Shown: positions 1-9,768, counted from the stretch's first letter. The stretch: 64,000 nt of DNA from Candidatus Anstonellales archaeon (GCA_038890615.1 JAWAFI010000001.1:400843-464842), one strand, 5' to 3'. Translations and numbers: made by a program. Notes: generated from the sequence alone by a model not told the origin.

Positions 1-400
1 TCTTCTGCATGCTCTTGAAGTCTATGCCCTTTACTGCTATCCTTTTCTTTACCTTCTTCCCATCAAACCTTTGCCCTTCTATTACTATCCCTCCTGTGGC
101 TTCCTTCACTTCTATAGTTTTCTCTTCTACTCCAGGCATTTCCATTATAACTTTTACCCCTTCCTTGCTAGGGATTATGTCAACAAGGAACCCTTCATCT
201 TCTGGCTTGAAGCCCTCATTGTAAATCGTTTTTGGCTTGCCGTCGCTGCCTATCCTTATAGTTACTGAATAGCCTTTTGGCATATGCTCCCTGCTCTGCC
301 TCTTGGGTATGCTGAATAAATCATCATCAAACCCGAACATTCTTTTTATCATCTTTCGCATTATCTCAAACTCGTCTTCAAAGTCGTCTTCCATAAACAT
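1..400 (-). CDS. Small heat shock protein Hsp20 family (partial, runs off window start)
   Basis: Not in ORF track. Manual translation from ATG at 400 gives MFMEDDFEDEFEIMRKMIKRMFG...GYSVTIRIGSDGKP...LVDIIPSKEGVKVIMEMPGVEEKTIEVK, the typical archaeal Hsp20 pattern (GYSxxIGxDGKP; DxxxxxxxVxVxxEMPGV). Confidence 0.8.
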   Translation of the reverse strand, partial: MFMEDDFEDEFEIMRKMIKRMFGFDDDLFSIPKRQSREHMPKGYSVTIRIGSDGKPKTIYNEGFKPEDEGFLVDIIPSKEGVKVIMEMPGVEEKTIEVKEATGGIVIEGQRFDGKKVKKRIAVKGIDFKSMQK

Positions 401-498
401 CACCATCTAATAATACTTAACAACCATTTAATAATCTTGCCCTAACCAATGCCAAAATATTTAAAAACAAGCACAATATAGCAGAAAGAGGGGATCTA

Positions 499-1731
499 AT
501 GGATACAAAGAAGTTCCTTGCCTTTGCTGGTTTGGCATTAGTAGTTACAGCTCTGCTTTACTTTTTCGCCCCAAGGGACAAGGGTATTTACCTTGATGCA
601 ATAATAAAGTCAATGGAGCAGGAATCGCTCGCAAGACCTGTTTCTATAAGTGGTTATGAGAACAGCACATCAATGGAAAGGGCATACCAGATAAATTATG
701 ATGGGGCAAATGCCATGGTGAAGGCAATATACGCTTTCTACACAAAGAGCTTGTATGTGATGAATGGCACTGAATACGTTTGCCTTTCTTACCAAGGAAG
801 CTACGCTTGCGACAAGCAGACAAGCAATGACCTAAAATCCATCATCGTTACAAAGGACCAGGCAGAAAGGATAGCAAAAGAAATGAAATTCCTATGGGCA
901 AACAAGGCTCTTTCAATAAAGGGTATTGAAGAAACCTCTGAGTGCACAAAAATTGAGTATGTTATTGATTACACCAAGCTCACTACAGCTCAGCTTAGGG
1001 AAATCGGGCTGAGCCCAACTGATTCTGTTGTTTACATTGGCTCATTTAGGCATGTCTTATGCTATTCAAAGGATTACAAGCCTGTATATAGGGAGCTTTA
1101 CTATGCCTTGAATGGCAACCAGTACTCTTATAAGAGAGGGTATAAGTTTGAGGAAGGGAGCACAGTTTTCAGCCCTGCTGCTGATGCCCAGAAGTACGCA
1201 GAGGTAAAGGCATCAATAAACAACGTGCTTGTCCAGCTTGAAAAATGCCTATCCTCCCCAAGCGCAATCCAGTGCATAGAAGGAGTTGCTTACCATGAGG
1301 ACAATGAGCAGATATGTGGCATCTTAGAGGACCAAGAGCGCTGCAAGCTTAGGATTTTGGTTGGAAAGGGCAAACCTTCGCTTTGCGAAGGGCTCAGCGC
1401 TCTAAAAGACGACTGCTATGGTCAATACGCACTACAGCTTGGCAACACCTCACTGTGCGAAAAAATCTCCTCAGCCCAGAAAAAGCAGGAATGCATATCA
1501 ATGATCAGCAGCCGCTGCTACTCTGATTCTGATTGCGCCATAGGGGGTTGCTCAGGCGAGCTATGCGGCCTCAAAGGCGAGGAGATGGTAAGCACCTGCA
1601 TATACAAGCCAGAGTACGATTGCCTTAAATATAGCTCATGCACATGCATAAGCGGAAAGTGCCAGTGGAAGCGCACAGGTGAATACTTAGATTGCCTCTC
1701 AAGCCTCGGTAAGGCTGAGGCAGAAGGCTAG
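499..1731 (+). CDS. Membrane-anchored Cys-rich surface protein with C-terminal eight-cysteine-cluster domain
   Basis: N-terminal TM/signal. Central C-x2-(I/L)...D-x-C-Y repeats. C-terminus CYSDSDCAIGGCSGELC...STCIYKPEYDC...CTCISGKCQW matches the eight-cysteine cluster pattern. Confidence 0.7.
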   Translation: MDTKKFLAFAGLALVVTALLYFFAPRDKGIYLDAIIKSMEQESLARPVSISGYENSTSMERAYQINYDGANAMVKAIYAFYTKSLYVMNGTEYVCLSYQGSYACDKQTSNDLKSIIVTKDQAERIAKEMKFLWANKALSIKGIEETSECTKIEYVIDYTKLTTAQLREIGLSPTDSVVYIGSFRHVLCYSKDYKPVYRELYYALNGNQYSYKRGYKFEEGSTVFSPAADAQKYAEVKASINNVLVQLEKCLSSPSAIQCIEGVAYHEDNEQICGILEDQERCKLRILVGKGKPSLCEGLSALKDDCYGQYALQLGNTSLCEKISSAQKKQECISMISSRCYSDSDCAIGGCSGELCGLKGEEMVSTCIYKPEYDCLKYSSCTCISGKCQWKRTGEYLDCLSSLGKAEAEG

Positions 1732-1788
1732 CTCTCTATCTTTGTGAAAAGATAGGCAGCAAGGAGCACGCATGCAGCCAAGAAACCC

Positions 1789-2841
1789 TTATATCAGCAA
1801 AGGTATGGCATTGAAGGCAAGCCTTGAAAGCTGGACTATGGTATTCCTGTTTATGGCCTTGCTTACCCTTTCCATCTCCCCATACTTGCTTAGCAGTGTG
1901 TCTATCTCAAGGGCTTTTAGCATAACTCCAAAATCATATAGCCTTCTGTTGTCCATCCTTCTTACCAAAGCCATTATATACCTATGGAGCAGAAGGTCCT
2001 TGAGGTAGCTTGCCCTCCACTCCTTCTCATAAGCATCGGAGTTTCTGGTTTTGCCTGCTATTGCGCCGCAGCTCATTCCTATAATGACCCCCCCTCCTGT
2101 TGTCTGCTTTACCTGCCCTGCTGCGTTTCCTGCAAGCAGCACCTGCCTTCCATTGACCTCCATAGAGGTTATTTCTCTTAGCTGCATTGGGATTACATTC
2201 ATCCTCTCAACCTTTGCGCTCATGCCTATGCTCCTTGTGAAAAGCGAAAAGCTGCTTATTGGCTCGCCAAAAGTTCCTATGCCAAATTCTGCTGTCCCAT
2301 CCCCTTGGGGTATGACCCAGCCAAAAAGCCCAACCCACCTTGAGTCAATGTAAACCCTCACTATGCTTTCATCAGGCCATCTGCAATAACCTTTTGCAGT
2401 CCTTACAAACCTCTTTATGTCAGGAAAGCCAAACCTCCTTGCTACTGTTGAGAACGCCCCATCAGCCCCTATTATGACATTGCCCCTGAAATGATCAGCC
2501 CTTTTCCCCAGATGGAGCTTTGCTCCGTTGTCAACTGCCTTCTGGGCAAGCGCCTTGTCCCATCCCTTCCTGTCCACCACATAGGCCACTCCCTCCCTTC
2601 CCACGAATATTTCCTTGCCTCCAAAGCTTATGATTGCCCCATCTATCCTGTTTAGCACATGCTCCTTCCAGTTTATGTACTTGCGGAGCCCTTCCATGCC
2701 ATCCCTTGATAAAAGCCCTGAGCAGTGGGATGGCTCCCCAACCTCTTTCTTGATTTCATAAATATCAACCCTTTCCCCTGCTTCCAATCCCTCTATTGCA
2801 GCAGTGCATCCTACAGGGCCTGCGCCTATTATTTCTATCAT
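1789..2841 (-). CDS. Geranylgeranyl reductase family FAD-dependent oxidoreductase
   Basis: IIGAGPVG Rossmann motif, HCSGL, GADGAFS, FGWVIP, LAGNAAGQVKQTTGGG. Confidence 0.85.
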   Translation of the reverse strand: MIEIIGAGPVGCTAAIEGLEAGERVDIYEIKKEVGEPSHCSGLLSRDGMEGLRKYINWKEHVLNRIDGAIISFGGKEIFVGREGVAYVVDRKGWDKALAQKAVDNGAKLHLGKRADHFRGNVIIGADGAFSTVARRFGFPDIKRFVRTAKGYCRWPDESIVRVYIDSRWVGLFGWVIPQGDGTAEFGIGTFGEPISSFSLFTRSIGMSAKVERMNVIPMQLREITSMEVNGRQVLLAGNAAGQVKQTTGGGVIIGMSCGAIAGKTRNSDAYEKEWRASYLKDLLLHRYIMALVRRMDNRRLYDFGVMLKALEIDTLLSKYGEMERVSKAINRNTIVQLSRLAFNAIPLLI

Positions 2842-3590
2842 TACTCTACTTCCATCCTTGGGGCAAGGTAATAAACCACTGTTGCCCCTCCTACTTCATA
2901 CGTAACCTTAAGGGGGCTGTCTGTCTCAAGATAGAGAGTAATAATGCTGCCTGCGCTGCTCCCTTTCACAATGTCGTCAAGGTAATTTAAGGGGAATGTA
3001 GCCCTTACATTCCCTTCTGCCTTCATCTCCAAAACCTCTTCTCCCTCCTCATATTCGCTTACCATCCTGGAATTCTCACCTGCAACTTCTAGCCTCAATA
3101 CCCCATCGCTTATCAAGAACCTCAAGTGGGAGCTTATGAGCTTAGCGTCCTTTATGCTTTCCTTAAGCAGCGAATCATTCATCTTTATGTAATTTTTGTA
3201 GCTTATGGGAGGCTCTTTCTGCACTCCCTCCCCTAAATCAAGCAGGGGCATCCTGAAGGTCCTTTTCCTTTTTCCGCCTACGAATTCCACAACCATCTCA
3301 TTCTTTTCAAGCGATACCACCAGCTTCTCATCAGGCCTTGCCCTGTCAAGCACCTTTATAAGCTTCTCTATGTCAACCCCGAAGCTTTCCTTTTTCTCCT
3401 TCTTGCTGGCGTCGTACATTGAAAAAGCAGAGGAAGGCATGAAGAAGGAGACCATTGAAATCTGCGATGGGTCTATTGCCTTCAGCCTCAGCCCTTCAGG
3501 GGTTGCCTCGAAAACACCCTCCCCAACGAGGTTTGCTATTGAGGAAACGGCATCCCTGAAGCTCTTTGCATTCTCAACACTCATTTTCAT
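2841..3590 (-). CDS. pcn: DNA polymerase sliding clamp PCNA
   Basis: 249 aa; GLRLKAIDPSQISMV and C-terminal YYLAPR motifs. Confidence 0.97.
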   Translation of the reverse strand: MKMSVENAKSFRDAVSSIANLVGEGVFEATPEGLRLKAIDPSQISMVSFFMPSSAFSMYDASKKEKKESFGVDIEKLIKVLDRARPDEKLVVSLEKNEMVVEFVGGKRKRTFRMPLLDLGEGVQKEPPISYKNYIKMNDSLLKESIKDAKLISSHLRFLISDGVLRLEVAGENSRMVSEYEEGEEVLEMKAEGNVRATFPLNYLDDIVKGSSAGSIITLYLETDSPLKVTYEVGGATVVYYLAPRMEVE

Positions 3591-3680
3591 GAGTTCACCG
3601 CAAATATGAGCAGGGCGCTATTTAAAAAGCTTGCTTTAGGCATTAACAAACCTTTTTAAAAAGGGTTGCGAACATCACTT

Positions 3681-4190
3681 ATGGGAAAAGGCGAAGAAAT
3701 TGACGAAACCAAACTTTACGAGATGGCAAAGAAGGCAACAAGCGAAGGGGCTCTTTTCGCATCGCTCTACTTAGACATACACGGAGCAGATGAGAAGAAG
3801 CTTCAGAATGTTGCAGTTGAGCTGGTCAATAGGATGATGAAGGAGCAAGGGGTGTTGTTCGTTTTCGGAAAGATAGAAGAGCCGATCCTTCAGGAAGGTG
3901 TGTATTCTACTCTCGTGGAGGTTAAGGCAATAGTGGCTGACATTAATTCCCTCGCAACCCTGACATATGTTTATACCCCTGTTTCAGTTGACCTGATAAT
4001 GCCGGATGAGGTCAAGCTTACCTCATCGCAAGTCGGCTCCCTTATGGTCTACATCTCTAACCAGAGCTTTAACTGGAAAAAGATTTACATAGAGAGGATG
4101 CGCACAAAAGAGGAGGCAGAGGCATTTGCAAAGGAGGTGCAGGCAAGGGAGCAGTTGGGAAAGAAGCTTTTGGAAGGTGAGGGCAAATGA
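3681..4190 (+). CDS. Conserved archaeal hypothetical protein
   Basis: Long ORF with native codon style; overlaps the next gene by ATGA; no recognisable motif. Confidence 0.7.
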   Translation: MGKGEEIDETKLYEMAKKATSEGALFASLYLDIHGADEKKLQNVAVELVNRMMKEQGVLFVFGKIEEPILQEGVYSTLVEVKAIVADINSLATLTYVYTPVSVDLIMPDEVKLTSSQVGSLMVYISNQSFNWKKIYIERMRTKEEAEAFAKEVQAREQLGKKLLEGEGK

Positions 4191-4930
4191 ACAATTTTTC
4201 AAAAAGCGGAATAAGAGGGTTTGATGAGCTCCTTGAAGGCAAGGGCTTCATGAAGGGCTCTTTGATAGCACTGAGCGGCCCAACAGGAGTGGGGAAAAGC
4301 ACATTTGCAATGCAGTTCCTTGTCAATGGCGCAGTGCTCTACACAGAGCCAGGCGTGTATATAACCATAGAAGGAGGGAGGGATTCATTGCTCCTGCAAA
4401 TGAACGCATACAACTGGGAGCTAGATCGCCTTGAGAAAGAGAAGAGCGTGCTTATCTTGGACTACCCAATAGAGGAGGTTGACCAATTCCTTACAAGGAA
4501 CAGCGCTGTGAAGGACCTTGTAGAGAGCGTTAGCGCTGAGAGGGTTGTCATTGACTCTATACTGCCGCTGGCTCTCATGAAGACCACAGAGGAGGAAAGG
4601 CAGTCAATGTTCATAAACTTGGCATCTAACATAAAGTCATGGGGCGCAACAACCATTGTGATTACAGAAGACTCACCAGTTGACAGCACAGTGCCGCAGA
4701 CGCGCTACCATTTCGAGAACTTCAGCGACACCTGGATATATATGTCATACGACAGGCAGGGCAAGGATGTTTCAAGGGAGATAGAGATAGTAAAGGCAAA
4801 GGGTGTAAAGCACTACATGGGCAAGAGGCCCATAGAGATAAGCAAGGAAGGGGTTTCTGTTGCACTGCCTGAATGGGAAGGGGAAAAGAATAAAAAGATA
4901 TTGCAGGATAAAAAGCTCAGGAGGAAATAA
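4187..4930 (+). CDS. KaiC/RAD55-like RecA-superfamily ATPase (single domain)
   Basis: SGIRGFDELL, Walker A GPTGVGKS, FAMQFL, RVVIDS Walker B, EIVKAKG. Confidence 0.9.
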   Translation: MNNFSKSGIRGFDELLEGKGFMKGSLIALSGPTGVGKSTFAMQFLVNGAVLYTEPGVYITIEGGRDSLLLQMNAYNWELDRLEKEKSVLILDYPIEEVDQFLTRNSAVKDLVESVSAERVVIDSILPLALMKTTEEERQSMFINLASNIKSWGATTIVITEDSPVDSTVPQTRYHFENFSDTWIYMSYDRQGKDVSREIEIVKAKGVKHYMGKRPIEISKEGVSVALPEWEGEKNKKILQDKKLRRK

Positions 4931-4931
4931 A

Positions 4932-5450
4932 ATGTATTATCTTTACAAAGTAGAAGATACCATAAGGGTTCCGCCAAACAGAGTAGGGAAAGACTTGAAG
5001 CAGGCAGTTCTTGATATAGCCAGGGAAGAATATGAAAGGAGAGTGCTAAAGGACATTGGCTTTGTGCTTGGGGTTTTCTCTCCTGAAATATTAGGCGATG
5101 GAAAAGTTATCCACAACGACCCAGGGGTTTACTACTCAGTGAGGTTTGACCTTTTGGCTTACAAGCCAGAGGTCAACGAGGTTGTATATGGGGTAATAAA
5201 GGATGTTGTTGAATTCGGAGCATTCACTATCATTGGGCCATTCGAGGCATTGCTCCACATATCGCAGATTGGGGCAGAGAAATACACCTACAACAAGAAG
5301 GAAGGCATCCTTGTCTCTTCTGGGAAGAAAAACACCATAAAGCCCGGCGACAAACTCATAGGGAAGATTTCCACAGCAAGCATGAAAGCAGTCTCAGATG
5401 TAAAGATAGGGATAACTTTGAGGGCAAATGGGTTGGGGATGATTAGATGA
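4932..5450 (+). CDS. rpo7: DNA-directed RNA polymerase subunit E' (Rpo7)
   Basis: MYYLYKVEDTIRVPP, S1 domain (VVEFGAFTIIGPFEALLHISQI), GLG C-terminus; true ATG at 4932. Confidence 0.95.
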   Translation: MYYLYKVEDTIRVPPNRVGKDLKQAVLDIAREEYERRVLKDIGFVLGVFSPEILGDGKVIHNDPGVYYSVRFDLLAYKPEVNEVVYGVIKDVVEFGAFTIIGPFEALLHISQIGAEKYTYNKKEGILVSSGKKNTIKPGDKLIGKISTASMKAVSDVKIGITLRANGLGMIR

Positions 5451-5635
5451 TAGGCTGCAAGCAGTGCCGCTCTGTATGGAACGAAAATAAGATGGAGAGA
5501 TGCAAGGAGTGCGGGAGCACAGAGTTAAGCGATAAGTTTGGGGTTTATTTCATATTGATTGACCCAGAAAAATCAGAGGTGTCAAAGGAATTGAAAATAA
5601 CTAAGAAAGGAAGGGTAGCATTGCTTTTTGCTTAG
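5447..5635 (+). CDS. spt4: Transcription elongation factor Spt4 (RpoE'')
   Basis: CxxC...CxxCGS zinc ribbon and IDPEKSEV, directly downstream of rpo7 (conserved order). Confidence 0.9.
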   Translation: MIGCKQCRSVWNENKMERCKECGSTELSDKFGVYFILIDPEKSEVSKELKITKKGRVALLFA

Positions 5636-5677
5636 GCATATCAGTTAAGGTTTAAATTACTGAAAGCAAGATTGTAT

Positions 5678-6673
5678 ATGCAAAAAGAGGAGCAAATTAA
5701 AGTTTTAAAGAAGGGCAAGGGAAAGCTCCTTAGCCCAGAGGAAGAGCAGAGATTTAAGGAAACGGTTGTATCAGAATACGAGAGAATTCTCAAGCAAGAA
5801 ATTTCATCTTGGCCTATTTTTGAAAAAAGGGGATGGAAATCCTTGGGCAACCTTCGTTTTAGCGTTAGCTTGAAAGAGGACGGCTCTATTGCTGATTTTA
5901 GCCTTTATAAGTGCGATGGGGCATTAGAGCATCTGAACAGGGCACATATTTTCCAGGACTTGCCGAAAGAGGTTAAATCGATTTTCAATAAAGTTTTCCC
6001 TGATTTTGTTGAGCAGCTTAAAAAAGAAGGGGGTGTTGGCACTAGGGGGGAATTTTTTGTGGGTGCAGATTTAGATTTAGTGGAAAACAGAGAAGGGGCT
6101 CCATTCTATTTTGCAAGATTAACCCATGAGCTGCATACCGGCACTGGCATGATCCGTACAGTAAAAAAGATAACAGCCTTCATTGTCTTTAGCAAGCTGC
6201 AGGAAGCAAACAACGACTGCTACGCCCTTGCCAATTTCCTTAAGAGAGTCACAAACAGCGCAATCTACATTACCCCTCATGAGCAGGCCAAGCAGCATAA
6301 GAACGGGGTTAGCAAAAAGAAGAGGCTGAAAATTCTTGAAGAAAAGGTTTCATCCCTGCAAAAATTGAATGAAACGATGAAGTCCAAGCTTGTTGGGCTG
6401 GAGAATGATAACGCTGGGCTCAAGGCAAAGGCCTTAACTTACGAGGGGCTTCTTAAAAATGCAGAGGCAGACATCTCTGCGATGAAAGCAAAGCTTGATG
6501 CATATGAGCGCTACTTAAATGAGAAAAAAGAGTATACCAAGAAATTTGCCTCCAGTTTAAATTCCCTTGCAGATGCAATTGAGGGCTCTTTGCCTGTGCT
6601 TTTCAAAAAAAGGTTCAAAGAAATTGCAAGGAGATTGAGGCAATTGGCAGAACAGCTAAAGGAAAATCATTAG
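5678..6673 (+). CDS. Hypothetical protein with C-terminal coiled coil
   Basis: About 330-aa ORF with a heptad-rich C-terminal third; no recognised domain. Confidence 0.65.
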   Translation: MQKEEQIKVLKKGKGKLLSPEEEQRFKETVVSEYERILKQEISSWPIFEKRGWKSLGNLRFSVSLKEDGSIADFSLYKCDGALEHLNRAHIFQDLPKEVKSIFNKVFPDFVEQLKKEGGVGTRGEFFVGADLDLVENREGAPFYFARLTHELHTGTGMIRTVKKITAFIVFSKLQEANNDCYALANFLKRVTNSAIYITPHEQAKQHKNGVSKKKRLKILEEKVSSLQKLNETMKSKLVGLENDNAGLKAKALTYEGLLKNAEADISAMKAKLDAYERYLNEKKEYTKKFASSLNSLADAIEGSLPVLFKKRFKEIARRLRQLAEQLKENH

Positions 6674-6745
6674 GCAGGCCGCATAAAAAGCAAATGTATT
6701 TAAATCCATTGTGGCATACTCCTATAGGAAACTCTGGTGATTTTA

Positions 6746-6976
6746 ATGGGGAGAGGAAAAGAGAGATTGCTCACTTGTGATTCTTGTGGGAGGCAAGTCC
6801 CAAGGGACAAGGCTGTTGAGTATATAAAGGGCGCTTCAGTAGGCGGCTCTGAGCTTGCTGAATCAATCATAGTAAGCCCAAAGAAGGTATATTACTGCGT
6901 AAGTTGCGGAAAGCACAGGAAAATCTTTGAGAAGAAGAAGGAAGCTGCGGCAAGGAGGCGAGAACGATGGTTGTGA
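6746..6976 (+). CDS. rps26e: 30S ribosomal protein eS26
   Basis: GRGKERLLTCDSCGRQVPRDKAV...YYCVSCGKHRKI matches the S26e zinc-binding pattern. Confidence 0.9.
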   Translation: MGRGKERLLTCDSCGRQVPRDKAVEYIKGASVGGSELAESIIVSPKKVYYCVSCGKHRKIFEKKKEAAARRRERWL

Positions 6977-7278
6977 AAGAAGATGAAATATACATTGATG
7001 GCAGGCGCTACAACGTTTTCTATCTTGATGGCATAAGCAACATACCGCTCATAGTGATAAAAGCCAAGAACGGATACTTGGCAAACAGCATGCTCAGCTT
7101 TGAGACAGCAGAAAAGGTAGGGGATCTAGCTGTGTTTGTGAACAATGTAAAGAAGATAGAAGACATGGCAAAGGCAAAGGTAAGGAAGCATACCTCATGG
7201 GCAGGAAATCTTGGCATAAAAGAAGGCACAAGCGCTAAAAGGGCCCTTGAATTATTAGACAAAGGAAGGACTAACTAA
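6967..7278 (+). CDS. YunC/DUF1805 family protein
   Basis: PLIVIKAKNGYL...AEKVGD...V..IEDM...LGIKEG.SAKRAL pattern. Confidence 0.7.
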   Translation: MVVKEDEIYIDGRRYNVFYLDGISNIPLIVIKAKNGYLANSMLSFETAEKVGDLAVFVNNVKKIEDMAKAKVRKHTSWAGNLGIKEGTSAKRALELLDKGRTN

Positions 7279-7279
7279 G

Positions 7280-7633
7280 CTACTGGCAACTTTTATCTGA
7301 GTAAATGCAATTTACTATATTGTAAACGCGCACAGAGCAATCCTCTACAAGGTCAATGTCTGAGATATAACCGCACACTGTCACATTCTTAGTTATTGAG
7401 GCAACATCAAAGTAGCATTGGTCTCTATTCCTTTTGTCTTTGTCTGTTATCTGTGCGCATGAAGAAACGCCTGAGAACACCTGCCCCCTTATTGCGTATA
7501 TGTAAGCGTTGTCCTGGTGGCAGGCGTTCCTTTGTTTCTCATATGGAAGCTGTGAGCAGTCGCTTGGGTTTGGTATTATAATGCAGCCAGAAAAGAGGAG
7601 CGTGAGCAAGACAGCAGCAACAAGCTTAAGCAT
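7280..7633 (-). CDS. Putative lipoprotein with Cys repeats
   Basis: Lipobox-like LLFSGC; C-x2-I...RDQCYFDVA...VCGYI repeats. Confidence 0.7.
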   Translation of the reverse strand: MLKLVAAVLLTLLFSGCIIIPNPSDCSQLPYEKQRNACHQDNAYIYAIRGQVFSGVSSCAQITDKDKRNRDQCYFDVASITKNVTVCGYISDIDLVEDCSVRVYNIVNCIYSDKSCQ

Positions 7634-8729
7634 TTGAAACACCCAATGCCTCTATAACCTGCTCTTTAGGCACGCTTAGGCTAATGTACCTGCTCTGCCC
7701 CCTCAGCCCTTTGCTTGTGTCTTTCATAGTAATGAACCCAAGCATCTCAAGCTCATTTATATAAGCCCTAACCCACCTGCCGCTCTTTGGCTTTCTTCCC
7801 CTTTCCCTGCAAACCCTCAGGTATTCTTCCATGACCTCCCCACTTACAACACTCCTTTCCCCTGCCATAAGTGCCTTCCTTCCAGTTGCCCTTATAACTG
7901 CTAGCATCACAAGCTTTGCATGGTCTGGGAGAGTATTAAGTAGCTCCTTGGCTATGTCAACCTCCACTCCTTCTTTGGCCTCTTTCACTGCTTTCTCCCC
8001 AACGCTTTCGCTCCCTTCACTCTGCGCTATGTCAACTGCTTTTGAAAGCAGCTGGAGTGCATACCTAGCATCCCCGCTTTCCTGCGCTGCTGTTGCTGCA
8101 ATAATGTTTACAGCAACCTCTTCAACCTTCCCTTTCCCAAGCTCAATCCTCTGCATAAGGATGTCCTTTATCTGCTTGGCATCATAAGGAGGGAATACCA
8201 GTTCTGTTTGGTAGAGGGTGCTCTTTGTCCTTGGGTCAAGCCGCTCCTTGAAAGCAAGGTTGTTTGATATTCCCACTATGGTTATGCCCCCGTTTTTTAT
8301 CTCATCATTAGCCCTTGTAAGCATGTATATAAGCTCATCAAGCTCTTTTACTCCATCAACCTCATCTAGAACTACTATCAGCTGCTTCCCTCCTAAATAC
8401 CCTACTAGCTTCTCATAAAGGTAGGCCTCCCCAAAGCCAATCTTGTCTATTAAGCCAAGCTTTTCAGCAATGTATTGCATAACCCTGTACTTTGTTGAAT
8501 AGATTTTGCAGTTTACATAAACACTCTCAACTTTGAGCGAGCTAACAGCCTTCTTCACAGTGCATGTTTTGCCAGTGCCTGTCTTCCCATATATGAAGAT
8601 GTTGGTTGGCTTTTTGTTTTCCTCTGCTGGCTTCAGGAGCTCAACTACTTTCTTTACATACTCCTCTCTATTTGGGAGCATATCTGGAACATAGTGAGGG
8701 GAAAGGACCCCCCTGTCCTGAAACAGCAT
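7626..8729 (-). CDS. cdc6: Orc1/Cdc6 replication initiator
   Basis: YVPDMLPNRE, Walker A GKTGTGKT, VLDEVD, FPPYDAKQI, GDAR, C-terminal winged helix. Confidence 0.95.
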   Translation of the reverse strand: MLFQDRGVLSPHYVPDMLPNREEYVKKVVELLKPAEENKKPTNIFIYGKTGTGKTCTVKKAVSSLKVESVYVNCKIYSTKYRVMQYIAEKLGLIDKIGFGEAYLYEKLVGYLGGKQLIVVLDEVDGVKELDELIYMLTRANDEIKNGGITIVGISNNLAFKERLDPRTKSTLYQTELVFPPYDAKQIKDILMQRIELGKGKVEEVAVNIIAATAAQESGDARYALQLLSKAVDIAQSEGSESVGEKAVKEAKEGVEVDIAKELLNTLPDHAKLVMLAVIRATGRKALMAGERSVVSGEVMEEYLRVCRERGRKPKSGRWVRAYINELEMLGFITMKDTSKGLRGQSRYISLSVPKEQVIEALGVSNA

Positions 8730-8763
8730 AAAAGCATTTTAATAATGCCTCTTTAAATCCTTT

Positions 8764-9768
8764 ATGGAAGAGGAAGGCATTGCTTTTGAGGCTAATGGGC
8801 TGTTCTACAATCCTCACATGAGGCTTTCTCGCACTCTCTCATCCCTTGCCCTTTCTACGCTTCCCCCAATGGATATACTAGATGGCTTCTGCGCTTCTGG
8901 CATAAGAGGCATCCGCTATGCAAAGGAAAATGGAGCAAAGTCCCTTGCTTTTGTTGACTGGAGCAGGAAGGCGATAGCGATTTCTCTATCAAACGCAAAG
9001 GCGAATGGCATAGATGCTCAAGGCTTTGTTTCTGATTTCAACAGGCATGTGCTCAGCAGCTCTTATTCATTCTATGAGCTTGACCCTTTTGGATCACCCT
9101 CCCAGCACATATATCCAGCCCTCTACTCCTGCTCTTACTTAAAAGCCTCATACCTCTCAATTACAGCAACCGATCTTGCAGTGCTTTGCGGAAAGGAAAG
9201 AGAGGCATTGGCTAGGAATTACCTTGCTTTTAATACAACAAACGATTATTGCCATGAGAGCGCTGCAAGGATAGTGATAGGCTTTGCTGTTCGCCTTGCA
9301 GGGATAATGGGGCTTTCTTTCACCCCCCTCCTCACCTTTTACTACCGCCATCAGATAAAGGTGATAGGAAAGGTTGAGAAGGGGAAGCTGAAGGCATATG
9401 AGTCAGAGGCAAAGGTTGGGATGCTTGGTCCAATAGGTCCACTCTGGCTTGGAGACCTCCATGACAGGGAAACTCTCCAGAAGATGGCTGAAGAGAATAA
9501 CAGAAGGAGCTACACCGACAAAGAAAGGGTTGCAAAGATGCTCTCCCTAATGGAAGGCGAGCTTGGCACCCTCCCTTTCTTTTATTCCCTTCATTCACTT
9601 TCTTCATCAGCAAAGTTGGCTGCAATCCCCAAAATGGCTTCGCTGCTTGAGGCTATAAAGGCGCAGGGCTACTATGCTGTGCAAACGCATTTCTCTCCTT
9701 TAGGAATACGCACAGATATGCCTGAAAAAGAGGTCATTGCCTTGATGAAAAACCTTAGCCCTGCCTAA
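8764..9768 (+). CDS. trm1: tRNA (guanine-26-N2)-dimethyltransferase Trm1
   Basis: FYNPHMRLSR, DGFCASGIRGIRY, LDPFGSP, ITATD, GPLWLG, THFSPLGIRTD. Confidence 0.93.
   Translation: MEEEGIAFEANGLFYNPHMRLSRTLSSLALSTLPPMDILDGFCASGIRGIRYAKENGAKSLAFVDWSRKAIAISLSNAKANGIDAQGFVSDFNRHVLSSSYSFYELDPFGSPSQHIYPALYSCSYLKASYLSITATDLAVLCGKEREALARNYLAFNTTNDYCHESAARIVIGFAVRLAGIMGLSFTPLLTFYYRHQIKVIGKVEKGKLKAYESEAKVGMLGPIGPLWLGDLHDRETLQKMAEENNRRSYTDKERVAKMLSLMEGELGTLPFFYSLHSLSSSAKLAAIPKMASLLEAIKAQGYYAVQTHFSPLGIRTDMPEKEVIALMKNLSPA

Noticed and set aside
7626..8763. Replication origin next to cdc6
   Set aside because: Flanking intergenic space is 34 bp or less, and I see no ORB-like repeats or DUE.
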